From positions 2,852,001-2,916,000 of the forward strand of contig JBHGNT010000018.1 of assembly GCA_043228905.1 (NCBI GenBank): DNA of 64,000 nt. Direction: 5' to 3'. Origin of the DNA: Azolla caroliniana. Lineage: Eukaryota; Plantae; Polypodiophyta. This document shows, piece by piece, positions 48,808-61,474 of the stretch. Both the position numbers and the translations under genes were made by a program. Each line of letters opens with the position of its first letter. Positions within the stretch are counted from its first letter, which is position 1. The notes under the pieces were generated by a model. It was not told the DNA's origin. It saw nothing but the letters and a program-made list of their open reading frames with translations, and made no database searches.

Positions 48808-51800
48808 TGTTTGGGTTCTCGTATTGTGGGAATGTTCATCAGCAATCTGGATCTTTCTGAGCAATTTGCACTGGGGAAAGAATTGTTTCAGATCCGATGG
48901 ATTGTTTATGTCAATGCGGTAGAATTCATATCTGATGGATTGGTCAATTTGTGAGTGTATCATCTACGCTCGGGAAGAGGCAAAGCAGACAGGTTTTCTC
49001 TCTTTCTCACTGCTAGAAGTTCTTGGGTTTACAAGGGTTTTGGTAGCTTTTCGTGGTAGTAATCTTCCATGTATCCATTATTTCACCACTAGGGTGTTCA
49101 CATAATGGAACCAAGTGGTGTATCTATCAATGTGGGCGATTCCAGGTGCTATTGTATCCCACTTCTTGAACCATTTACAGGTAATCCTGTCCCAGCTGGA
49201 AGCTAGGATAGAAAAGAAAGAAAGGCATATATATGTCTGTCTACCAGAGGCCAAAATTCGCCTATGAGACAAAATATAGGTGAATCCATGTCATTCGTAC
49301 TAACATAAAAATAAAAGCTCTACATTTCCTAAAGCTCCATTATCATGATCTTAAGGCATGTGGTGGAATAGTTTTTTGATGGTTTATAGGCATGAAGTGC
49401 ATAACTAATATATATGAGAGTAGTGGTGACTGGACTTCATATCCGAGGTTGGTTGGAGCAGTGAAATGAGACTATGAAAAAGTTTAACAAGTGAGTCTGG
49501 GTGTCCACGTGTGGATTGGACATGGCCAGCAATGATCTCCATGAGCTGGTGACTGTGTGGCCCATGTAGCTTGGTACTTGTGGTCTCTGTTGTTGGTATT
49601 TCCCTGCTCCCTGTATGGTGAGTCTTTGGCATGTTGTTAGTGGAGGTAAGGCTTCATGGTAGAAATCAGTGATGTGTGATTGTGTTTGCATTCCTCATGC
49701 TAATGTAAGGGCCAATTCCCAATGTTTTGGAAGCTTGAGCAACATTTGGTCAAAGTTGTGCGGGTTAGCCTTCTCGATCTCTCCTGCACATAATTTGCGA
49801 AGTGCTTGTCCTATCGGAATCTCTATATGGTGGGAGGGAGCACTGAGTTAGCTTATTGCTCTGTGAACATTATGGGGCATGTAGGCTTCCATGTACCTCA
49901 GCCTCTGTATGAATCAATCCTCTGATAAGTTCATGAAATGATTTTCGTACTAGACCGTCTTTGGGGGAAAGTGGCTCCCTTGGTGTGAGCCAAGTGTTTT
50001 GGGTATAGAGCTGCCATAGATCTCGCCGCAATATCCTGTTCGTTTCATCTTTTTGGAGAGGTGCACAATATTGAAAGGGTGGCAAGCTCTCGATGTTGAG
50101 GCCATTGCTGTTGAACCATCTCATCACCTTTTAAGTACCATCATCCTTCTGCACATTCTGTTGTTATCATTTGCGTCAATGCTTCAAATGCCCTACTTAT
50201 AATTTTTTGAAGTTGCCTGGTTCGAATCCGGTTATAATTTTCACTGCAGGGAATAATGATTCTACCATCCTGGGTGGCACTGCCAATTCAGCATGGATGA
50301 TTGCGTTTGGGGTAAGGCCTTTGCTACATATCATCCTCAACATTATGATGAGTGGATGCTCTATTTTTATCCGCATGTATGGGGAGACCTGGAGCTCTTA
50401 TGGCTGCACCATACATGAGGGCAGGGGTGAACATGGTGTTCAATAACCATATTTTGGTACAGGCTTCTTGGAAGTGTGCCTGGTGGTACTGTCATTCTAG
50501 TATGGATAAAGCTACATATCCTCAAGTGAATTGATCTTTGGTGGCTTGGGTCATAGAGAAGCTCCCTCTCATACTTGTACGTGTGACTGCTGGATATACA
50601 TAGGAATGGACCACTTCAACTTGCTTTTGTACTGGGTGAAGACAGCTTGTTGGTGAGTTGGTGGGGATGTGTGGAAGATCATGGTTGGAGGGGGTTCCCT
50701 GAATAGGCACAATCATGTGCATGGTTCATGTGTTGGGAAGGTCCTCTATCAAAATTCTATTGCATATGTGTGCAAGGATAGGTTCAATTATGATTTCTGC
50801 AAGTATGAGGTGTTTGCCTTGTAGTCCTGTGTGATCTGATGATCGTCCATATTGAAGGCACAAGATGGCCTTCTCATCCTTATATGAGGTGAAGGTGTAG
50901 GAAGTAGGGGAATTCTCTGATGGTTGTGACAATGTGGGTTGGTGACGTACATGATACAAGATTTCTGCGTAAGAATGCCATAGTTGTGGCTTGATCAGGT
51001 TGGGTTTCTGTTCTTTTAGACATTGGCAGACAGTGGCCGAATCTTTGCTTGTGAAGCATGTTATAAATCTCAATGTTGTGCTTCGTCATAAGTGTGCTTT
51101 GTTTGACAGGTAAGGGTTTGTATTTGCTTGTGAGCTATTTGTTGTGTAATCTCTCAACAGCTTATGTTTGTATAAAGGTGTTGATCATCTGTTTCCAATC
51201 CTTAGTACTTACCAATGATTTGGGGCATATTCCCAGGAATGTGGCATCTAGATGGGATATGGTGAGGAAAACTGTTGATGGCAGAGTTATGGAGTATAGT
51301 AGAGAATAGGGGTGTGGCTGGATCTAGATGGTAAAGTCCTTGTTTGACATGTTGATTATAAGTTTCTGCTAGTTCATGGATAAATAAGATGAATAGAATA
51401 GAATAGAATTTTTCTTGTCCACGATGAGGCCAAATTTGACCTTTGGAACCAAATTAACATATCTTGTATGTGACTCCTTCCGAAGAAGGGGGTCTACTAC
51501 TCTGTGGTAAAATCTCTCTATGTGAAAAATAATACACGCACATATGTGCTCTCCTGTCGTGGTGGAAATTTGAGTGTCACACTCATGTTATCATGCTCTA
51601 AAAAGTCATCATATTTCTCACAAATTGCCTTATACGCTGAACATGCAATAATTGATATTAATCCTCCACTGGATTTCATTGCATACCTTGCATATCTTCA
51701 TGTTTGCGTGATGATGCCATGATGCCTACCTCAACACCTAAGTTGCGTGGGGTGTTCGAAGAAGTGTTAAGTTCTTCGAAAGCCCAGGCTCATATATTCC

Positions 51801-54800
51801 AAATTTGAGATTTTAGCATCTTGCTGCTTCATCCTTAATGTCTCTAGTAATCTATCCTCAATGATCACATACTTCATAGCATCACCTGAGAGCTCCAATA
51901 GATCTTTTACTCCCCATCTCTTGAACCGTTTCATGATGTCAAGCACTGAACCACATGAGAGGATTTTGTTCTTATTAGTTTTTTGTACTTTGCATCCTAT
52001 GTTCCAAGATTGTTTAGGCAATCTATGATTAAGCATATTCTTGACTTTTGCGATATACTTTTTACTCTTTGCATGGGTAGTACCACTATGGGCCAAGCAC
52101 ATGTTTCTAATAGCATGATAGGATAGGATGTTCAGGATTTTACCTCGAATTGTCTACTCTCTGTTTCATTCCGTGCACTGAGTGAGATAGTACCACCCAC
52201 AAGTTCACTCCATAAGCAACACTTGGACCACCGTAGTATTGAATAGCATCAATCTCACTTCCCATCCTCGAGTATTACTTTTGCGGCATTGATTTTTGAA
52301 CATATGATAACTATTCCAATCCGCTTGAAGTTGAGACTCATAGCATACATTCCACCTATTTGTTGACAGGACATAAAGACCAATATATTTGAAGCTATGC
52401 ACCACTTGTATTGGTTCTCTCTTGTATGTATATGTGGGTAGTGTCTTGGTTGTATTGCCTTTATTGCCATCATTTTTGTTTTGTGGTGGGATAGTGAAGG
52501 TTTTGATGGTTTGGGTGGCTTTCCTTGTCCCAAGGATATAATCAACAGCACTTCTGCTGCCTTGAAGTGGGAAACATGTAAGACCACGAAAATCTGGCCA
52601 TGAGTTCACACCATTCTAGATAACTAGGTGGTGTCGAGACCCCAGCTCTAAAAGATGTTATCCATATCTTTTGTTGTTTGGTCCTAAGTCGACTGAGTCC
52701 TGTATGTGCCTCCAAAGATATCGAGTGCATCACCTGTGGGTCTTTCAAGTCATAGGTATCACATTGTCTATCTTACGTCCTGTGTTGAATTCTCCCCCAC
52801 TTCTTGATCCATTTATGGATGGCCTGTCCCAACTGAGAGAAAGGGAATCATGATTGGTTTACTGTGTATCTTCCAATTCTTGAGCCATTTATGGATGTCC
52901 TGTCCCAACTATGATGACAGAGAAAAGGAATAACAGTTGCATTAACAGATTAAAGACCTTAATGACCTATGTGAGATAGAGAAAACTATAATCTAATTCT
53001 GAACTGTGATGGCTTTTCCAGCTTCCACAGGAGCTATAGAATAATTCTTGCTTATTGAACTATCATTTCATTTATTCCACATAAGACTTTGGATTGGGCG
53101 GCAAATTTTGGGGTTTGTTGATAAGATATACATCCCACTCTTTGGGAGGAGATGCATAAAGGGGTGAGCAATGTGTATGATTGCCTCTTAAAAAATGTGT
53201 TGTTGCTCATTCGGAATTGTTTGACAAAGATTGTGTATGATCGATCTGTTTGACAAAGATTGTCCACTTTTTGTGGATTTTAAAGTACTAATGCAGCCAA
53301 ACTGGAACTCTATGGTTAATATGCAGCCAAGGCAAATGGGAACCTGGATGACAAAGGATTTTTGGATGCAAAAAACATGCGTGTGAAGGTCAGCATATAA
53401 TATATGTTTATATATTCGTTATACATCTTGCATTTGAGTAAGTTTTATAGTACATACCTGACACTTCAGTCATATCAGTCACAAACATGTCCTGGGAATG
53501 TTTGCGATCAATAATCACTTTCTCATGCAGTTATTTAGAGATGATTATCTGTTTGAAAGTAATTTCAAACTTCATGCCATCAATTTGTTTTTTTGGAGGT
53601 AATTTCGTGATTTCTCTTGAGAAAATGAGTTGGTATTTTCTTTTGTCTTTATATACAACACAGCTTGTGCTTCTTGGGGACTCGGGTGTTGGAAAAAGTT
53701 GTATAGTTTTAAGATTTGTGCGTGGGCAGTTTGATCCAGCCTCAAAGGTTTTTCATTTTCTTATAAACTCATTTTGCAAAAGCTTATCTTTGAATTCAAA
53801 CATTAGTCTTTTATGAAAATCTGATTTTTCGCTAGGGCTGCTTTATCTTTTAGGTTACAGTTGGAGCATCATTTTTGTCACAAACAGTTGCACTGCAGGA
53901 TTCAACAACAGTCAAGTTTGAGATATGGGATACTGCAGGCCAAGAAAGGTTAGTTCATTCCTAGAGTTTTCTGCAGCCTTTTTTGAGTATAATTATAGTA
54001 CGCTCATAGAATTTGTCGCCTACTTTTTATAGTATAACTGCATTATATCCATAGAGTTTCTTGCATTTTTTTAATGACTAATCATTGAATTATGTTCAAG
54101 AGTTTCTTGCGTTTCTTTTGGATTATTATTTTACCATATTCACATATCTATCACTGATTTTTATGTAATCATTACCATGGCTATTTACTACAGTGCATAT
54201 ATTGTTTTCAGGTATGCATCATTAGCACCCCTCTATTACAGAGGTGCTTCTGCAGCAGTTGTAGTTTATGATATCACAAACCCAGAAACTTTTCAGAAAG
54301 CTCAGTATTGGGTGAAAGTAAGTTTGTGTGATACGAAAACTTCCCCTAACATGAACTGTGATTTGTTAACTTATTCAAACATCTTTATGTAAAATACAGG
54401 AGCTTCAGAAATTCGGAAGTCCAAATATTGTAATGGCTCTCGTAGGAAATAAAACAGACTTACATACAACAAGAAAAATAGCTGTTGAAGTATGTGTTTT
54501 TCTGTTTAAGTGCTTCTTTCTTTAACCTGTTCCTGGATCATCCATTTATTCATTGAAGTATGTTGTGGAAATGAATATTTGTTAAGACTGCGCAAGAATT
54601 TGCGGAAAGTAACGGAATGTTCTTCATAGAGACCTCTGCAAAGACTGCCGAAAATATTAACCAATTATTTGAGGTAAGTAAAAATTTAAAATAAAAAGGT
54701 TGCAACTGTTCCTTATCAAATGTCTTCTGTTTTCTGAGGTCTCTACCACTTGCATGCATGTGCCCTTTAGTTCTATAACTTTATAATGGTTATTAGTACA

Positions 54801-55208
54801 AAATGAAGTCGTGATGTATTGTGATGCAACATGATGGGATGCTATGCGGTGCAATGCAATGCAAGTTTAGGAACCCAATGTGATATGCACAAGTTTAGGT
54901 TTGAAACCTGGGGATAGAATGAAAACAGTTTTCTTTATCTTGTATACTACATTTCTATAAAGTTTTATTCTCTTGTGTTGGAGTATTCATGGTGGGAATG
55001 TTTGCACAATCATGCCTTTCCTACTTTACCTATTAGTTACTTTGATGCATTTTAGCCTAATTTCCTAATTTGTTGGTTTCTTATTTTTAGAGCTGCGTGA
55101 ACTAGATAGGTAGGATTCGTATTAAAAATGTGGAAATATTGACTTGGTGAATTTTCTTTTGCTTTACAGGAAATTGGCAAGAGGCTTCCTGAACCATCAT
55201 TATTGTAG
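48247..55208 (+). CDS. RABF1: Plant-specific Rab5 GTPase ARA6/RABF1, 8 exons, ~195 aa
   Basis: Exons 48247-48271, 53327-53388, 53664-53747, 53854-53948, 54212-54317, 54400-54489, 54587-54673 and 55170-55208. N-terminal MGC acylation motif, [51 protein letters not shown]; ends [12 protein letters not shown] with no prenylation cysteines. Confidence 0.95.
48333..48803. repeat. Compound minisatellite: ~55 bp core + (TG)n(AG)n, 4 units, in ARA6 intron 1
   Basis: GACAATATGAGGCAAATCATTACTACAGACATGGGTGAAGGAATTCATGATGTGTGTA repeated, separated by microsatellites of variable length. Confidence 0.9.
49330..52850 (-). mobile_element. Decayed LINE sequences in ARA6 intron 1 (probably an RTE fragment ~51390-52480 within another LINE)
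   Basis: Endonuclease-end motif [31 protein letters not shown]-thumb motifs, and an (ATTCT)n tail at ~51391-51408. Confidence 0.65.
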
Positions 55209-56385
55209 TGAAAAACGTTGCTAAGATGAGAGACATTTGTATGGATCAAGGTTGTACCCAATTGTACATAAAAATATGTGGCATTATGACATTTACATTA
55301 TCATGTCTGGTGAACTCATAACTCGGGGGATGAAATGGTGCATTTTCTAGTTATTTTATTTTGTTGCCTACCAAAGCAAGAGCATATTAATTGAACTTGT
55401 CTGGATTCATTGATCAATTTTGTACTACAAATCAGTAATGCAGTCAAATAAGTATATTATGGAGACACTTGTTTTTCGCATAGAGAAGTGTAAAGAGCAT
55501 GCATTAAGAGGCAAAATACCTAATCTGAGATTGTAAGCCATCATTAATAGGAGATTTGAAGTCATAAATTAGTACTATATTTTTAGTCAGAAGATGACTT
55601 CAAATCTTCATAGAAAGGCCATTGATACCTTTTTTTTCTGTTTTCTTGTCTTTGTAAGTTTTTGAATATCCGGTCCACCGAGAATTGGTTTGTTTGTTTT
55701 GTGATTATACCAATAATATCATTTGATTATTTTTTTAAATGCCAATTGTTGTATAGGAGACAATTTTATGTCAATTGTTGCAAAAAAGATATCTTTCATT
55801 ACTTTTTTAGTGTATGCCAATTGTTGTGTAGGGAATTGTTTCTTTGAAAGTCTCTTATGGATTACATTTCTTTTATAGCTATTTTGTATTTATTTTCAAT
55901 GAGTTTAGTCATCTACTACTACTAATTAACAAACTAAAGGGATTCATAGATATGACTAAACCTATTTGGATACCTTGAAGGCAAGGCCCATTGTGTATGA
56001 GATATTGCCTTGTTAAGAAATAAATCAATGTAGCATTGTGGTGGTCACATCCCCTTCCTAGGCAATTTGCCCTAGTTCATTTGGTCTTTTTCTTCATCAT
56101 CTGTAATGTGGGTTGCCTCTCAAACTCTTGGTAGGTGCCACTTAGTTGCCATAACACTACCACTCTTGTTAAGCCACTTAGTTGCCATGCCTCTCTACCG
56201 GCAAATGTCTCTCATCATCATTTCGGTAAGCCACTCAGCTGTCTCTCTACTAGAATGTCTCTCATCATCATTCCGGTTATATAAGCCTTCATTTGCTAGA
56301 GATATCTTTTCCGTTGAATTGGTCCATAACCTCGTTGTGTTTTCCATTCCTCCCATTATGTAGTCCATGGTCACGACCACCATCC

Positions 56386-56461
56386 TCTCCAAGGTGGGCT
56401 TGAACCATCAACGACCTTCAGGGTAACAGGCATACACTCTAACAAACTAAGCTATTGAAGC
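56386..56461 (-). tRNA. tRNA-Asn-like pseudogene
   Basis: Reverse complement GCTTCAATAGCTTAGTTTGTTAGAGTGTATGCCTGTTACCCTGAAGGTCGTTGATGGTTCAAGCCCACCTTGGAG; anticodon GTT, damaged stems. Confidence 0.5.
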
Positions 56462-56951
56462 AATGTTGAACCAAATGCCAAGTCACTTGATATTTGCAAA
56501 ATACCATGAAACAATATGATGATCAATGCTTGTAATTTTTAGCTCCAAGGTGGGCTTGAACCACCTACTCGGTGGTTAACAAGCATATGTTCAATATCAT
56601 TATTGTATAGGATCAACAACATGATAATCTTCACAATGTCTCAATGTTGGGCTTGACCTTCTATCATCATATTCTTGTTATTAGTCTATAGATATAATCA
56701 AAATAATCAATTATGTGATGACCAATATTGGAGATATTTATCTACCCTCCAAGGTAGGCTTGAAAACAATTGACAAATTGTAACCTTCAACTTAGATAAG
56801 ATTGTTCGTTGATAAGATCTAAGCAACGTGATCATCTTCACAATATCTCAATGGTGGGCTTGAAACTCTATCATCATATTCTTGTTTTTAGTCTATAGAT
56901 CACATCAAACTCATGATTTATACATTTACCAATATTGGTCATATTTATCTA

Positions 56952-57026
56952 CGCTCAAAGGTGGGGTTGAACCACCAACCTCAAGGTTAATAGCCATAAC
57001 GCTTTGACCAACTGAACTATTGAAGC
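56952..57026 (-). tRNA. tRNA-Asn-like pseudogene
   Basis: Reverse complement GCTTCAATAGTTCAGTTGGTCAAAGCGTTATGGCTATTAACCTTGAGGTTGGTGGTTCAACCCCACCTTTGAGCG; anticodon mutated to ATT. Confidence 0.5.
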
Positions 57027-57321
57027 AAAAAAATACCAACTAACTTGAGATTTGCAAAACACCATGAAACAATACGACGATCATTGCTTGAACCACCAAT
57101 GTTATGGTTGACGACCCTATGCTCAAACCAATTGAGCTATTCAAGAAAGGGAACTAAACTTAAATTTAGATAAGATCATAAGTTTATTGGACAACATGAT
57201 CATCTTCATGATATCTCAATGGTGGGTTTCAAACTCTTTAATCATATTCTTGTTTTTAGTTCATATATCAAATCAAACTCCTGAATATTACATTTACCAA
57301 CATTGGTCATATTTATTGACG

Positions 57322-57395
57322 AGCTCTAAGGGGGGCTTGAACCATCGAAATTATGATTAACATCCATATGCTCTAACCAACTGAGCTATTGAAGC
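57322..57395 (-). tRNA. tRNA-Asn(GTT)-like pseudogene (best-preserved D-arm)
   Basis: Reverse complement GCTTCAATAGCTCAGTTGGTTAGAGCATATGGATGTTAATCATAATTTCGATGGTTCAAGCCCCCCTTAGAGCT; intact A-box, GTT anticodon, GGTTCAAG B-box; mismatched stems. Confidence 0.55.
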
Positions 57396-57637
57396 AATGT
57401 GAAACAAACACAAACTAACTTCAAATTTGCAAAACAACATGAAACAATATGACGATCAATATTGGTTATTTTAAGATCCAAGGTGGGCTTGAACCAACAA
57501 TGTTATGGTTAACAACCATATGCTCAAACCAATGGTGCTATTCACAAAAGGGAACTAAACTTAAACATAGATTTTTACTTTATAGGATCTAAACAACTTG
57601 ATCATCTTTGCAATATCTCAATGGTGGACTTGAAACT

Positions 57638-60600
57638 TGTAAAGAATTGGGAGTGATTCTATGCGGCGTAAGAGATATGTATGTGTATGTGTGAAAGAGA
57701 GAGAACACAATGTATAGAGAAAACAAGAAAACTATATTAACAAGAAGCAAGAATGAACCAACATTTACAAAGAGGAGAAGGCGCTTATGTAGTCACCTTC
57801 TCTCTACATTCTCTTACTACCACCTTTTTTTGGGAAAGAGATGGAGATTTAACTACGTACTGAATATGTGTCATAGGACTTAATTTCTACGACACATTAG
57901 TTATGAAACAAAGGAGGTGGGATGTTCACACGCTTGGGTATTCCTACACTAGGGAAATTGAGTTTGATTCTCAACACGATCCCTCAAACACAACTTCTTG
58001 TCGGCGGATAGTGGGTTCGGACTGGTCTTCGGATCGGCTCTGGCTTTAGTTGTGAGTAACCGATTCACTCCATCCTGTTGGATTTTGCTCCGTTCGGCGT
58101 AATGTTAGATGGCTCCTTATCCATACTCCCCCTCAAGCTTGACTGGTTGGCAGTCAAAAGACCGAGGTTTGTTGTGAACTCCCGCAACTTGTCGGCCCCG
58201 AGGGCCTCTATGAAGATGTTAGCCGTTTGCAGGTTCGTACTAATGTGTTGAAGGTCGACATCTCCGACCAAGACACACTCTCGGATGAAGTGATAATGCA
58301 CCTCAATGTGCTTCGTCTGAGTGTGGAACATCGGGTTCCGAGCCAGGTGAATTCTACTCATGTTATCATAGTAAAGGAGAATCGGATCCATGATGGGAAC
58401 ACCTAGATCCTTCAAGATTCTTTTTAGCCAAATGGTTTCACATGTAGCAACTACCGTGCCCCTGTATTCATCTTCTGTGCTCAACAGTGCAAAATGTGGA
58501 CTGCTTCTTGCTACTCCAAGATATGGCTCTGCTACCTAGGGAGAAGACAAAGCCTGATGTGGATCGTCTATCGGCTTTATAGCCGGCCCAGTTGGCATCG
58601 ATGTACCCTTTGAGTCGAATTAGTGTGGCCGATTTGTAGAGGATGCCATAATCCATTGTTCCACTCACATAACGTAACACTGGCTTAGCACAGTCCAAGT
58701 GAATGTTTCATGGTGTCTGCATAAACTAGCTTAGGAGGCCATCGGGTAACTGAGGTTGGGCCGATTAATGGTGAGGTAGGTTAGGCTTTCGACTAGCTGT
58801 CAATAGAAAGTCAGTTCACACTCTTTTGTGCCAGACTCGACATCTAACTTTAGGTTTCAATTGAGAGGGGTTTCGACGGGCTTACACTCTGTCATCCCAA
58901 ACTTGAACAGAAGACTGAGGATATAGTGTCGTTTGGAGATCATGATGCCGTAAGGAGTTCGAATTACTTCTATACCTAGAAAGTAATGTAGCTCCTTCAT
59001 GTCTTTCATTTCGAATTGGCCGGAGATAAGCTTTTTGATGTTCTCAATATTTGCTTGGTGCTCTCCTCCAATAACCAAGTCATCCACATATATCATGATA
59101 AATAGCTGTCCTCTGGAGTCGCTCTAGATGTAAAGGGAATTGTCAAACTTGGACATTTTAAAGCCGATTTGGTGAAGATATTGGGTTATCTTCGAATGCT
59201 AGGCTTTAGGTGCCTGCTTGAGGTTGTAGAGAGGATTTTTGAGTCGGCAGCGTACTTGACTTGAATCCGGGTGGTTGTACCATGTACACATCTTCTAACT
59301 CGTCTTGGAGAAAGGTGTTCTTCACGTCCATTTGGTGGAGGTGCCAACCTTTGGCTGCTACAAGCACGATCACGGTTCGAATGGTTGTCACCTTTGCCAC
59401 CAGGGCAAAGGTCTCTTCATAATTGACACCGTGTGTTTGTGTGTAGGCCATTGCCACAAGCCGAGCCTTCTATCGATTTATGGTGCCATCGGCATTGTGC
59501 TTCACCTTAAATATCCACCCAGTCCAGCATTCGATTGCTTTTTGGTGGGGTGAATAGGGGATGAGATCCCATGTATTGTTTATAGAGAGTGCTTGCATCT
59601 CCTCATTCATCGCTTCGACCCATCACGAGTCGTTCGTGGCTTCGAAAAAAGTTTCCGGCTCTCAGACTGTCGCCACCTTCATCATGAACGCATAATGGTA
59701 TGCCATGTAGTCGTTGTAGCTGAATCGGTTGACCACGTTCTTCTCTCGGGTGGCTTGACAGAGTTGTTCACTCGTCTTCGTGAACACTTTCTTGGTTCCT
59801 TGTGTCCTTGTGATAGGCACATCCAATCCACCTTACTCATTCTCGAGTGAGTGAGCCAATTCGTTTCTATATGTGTCTTCGTACTCAGGCATTTTGGCCT
59901 TCCTTTTGTTTGTTTTCGGACTTGGCCGCAACGTACTTTGGTTGCTTGGAGGCTCTTATGATCCACTCAACTTGGATGAGATTAGACTTTCCTCTAATGT
60001 GAGCCTAATTTAGATGATCAACCTCATTCGAGACTATATCGAAATCGGTTTCAGTCGCATCGGATGGAGTTGAGTCGGCTATGTACTAGGATGCCGATTT
60101 GTCAAATACAACATCCCTACTCATGCGTACCTTCTTGGTAGAGAGGTTGAAGCACTTATACCCCTTTTGTTCAAGTGAGTACCCCAAGATGATACATTTC
60201 TCCGATTCAGGATCGAGTTTCTACCGCTTCTTGTCGGGAATATGTACATACACGATCAAGCCAAATATCCTTATTGTTAGAACATGCAAGACATTCTTGA
60301 TGTACGTCTGGTTGCCCTCTTCGCCAAATGGGACATTACCGACATGCTGAATGGGGTGAATTATGTCATCTCCAGTTTCCACATAGCCAGGTCGTTCGGG
60401 CTTTCGTAGCTCTCGGAACCAATCTTTATGAGACGTCATGTGATTGGATGCACCCGAGTCGACAAACCATACATCTTTTGAGTTGGAGGTGTTGGCCAGG
60501 TTGGAGGCCGACATTGAGTTCGCTCTGTGTCTCATTACAAACATTCCACCATGATCATCGTAGTTCGAGTTTGAGGCATAGCTTGTGAGTTGTCAGCTTG

Positions 60601-61474
60601 TGGAGGCCGACTCACTCTTTTTCCTTTGACACTCTGCCTCGTAGAGGCCAAATTTCCTAAGAAATACTCATTTTATGGGAATTATTCAATATTTCCATGT
60701 AACTACAAACTCCACACATAGTTTAAAAATGCAAATAAAAAACCAAATATGTGGACTGCCAATGGCCCCCTCTTCCATGGTAATGCATCTTAGTCTAAAA
60801 CAAAGTTACAACAGGTTGTTTTTGAAATAAAATTCTTAAAATAACAATAATTCGAGAACAATGGTCTACATTTTGAGACAAATACATAATAGAGTGGATT
60901 GCATTTAATACTAAGAGACACATTCTATATAAATAGACATAAATTTAGCATTGTAAAATTTGTTCAATGGGGTACCATTTTCATAATTTGTAAAATCGGG
61001 GTTAATACAATTAAGCTTACATGGAATTGCATTCCTTATCTCCAAATTGGATTAAAGAACATGACAGATGGAATATGAAACTATTGACTTTCTTGTCATG
61101 AAAATAATTAGTTGAGAAATTTTGGTATGTTTTAAGAAACCATGTATGCATGCGTCATACCATCATGAAATTGTGTTGAAATGAGCCATTTTTAAACATT
61201 TCCCCATAAGTAAAAAAGAGAACACAACATATTACCTGTTTCAAATGTCTTGGTGTTCACAGTATCTGCATTGGGAAGAGTTGTTTAAACGGCTAGGTCT
61301 AGCATGATTGCTCCCCCTTCTACCAGACACTCCGCCTGGCGTTTGTAGTGTCTTGCCGGTAGAAGTTGTGTTCATGGGTGTGCTTTTGGTTGTTTCAGCC
61401 TCGGCCTGACTGGCCCCTCCTTCCAAGGCCTTGCCCTCTTTCTCCATCTAATTCGTTGCCTCTTGCTCGGACGT
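57638..61474 (-). mobile_element. Degenerate Ty1/copia element, 5' part displaced by a gypsy insertion
   Basis: 3' LTR 57638-57976 (TGT...AACA); [30 protein letters not shown] and [12 protein letters not shown] motifs; gag zinc knuckle split at ~60658-61258. Confidence 0.88.

Larger units (their letters stand above)
56386..57637 (-). repeat. Higher-order tandem array of decayed tRNA-Asn(GTT)-derived units
   Basis: About 11 recurrences of CTCCAAGGTGGGCTTGAACC-like sequence (T-arm/B-box and acceptor stem, reverse complement), organised in ~370-400 bp units with conserved spacers. Confidence 0.85.

Noticed and set aside
56386-57637. CRISPR-like repeat-spacer appearance
   Set aside because: The repeats are tRNA 3' halves, the spacers are themselves repeated, the context is eukaryotic and no cas genes are present.
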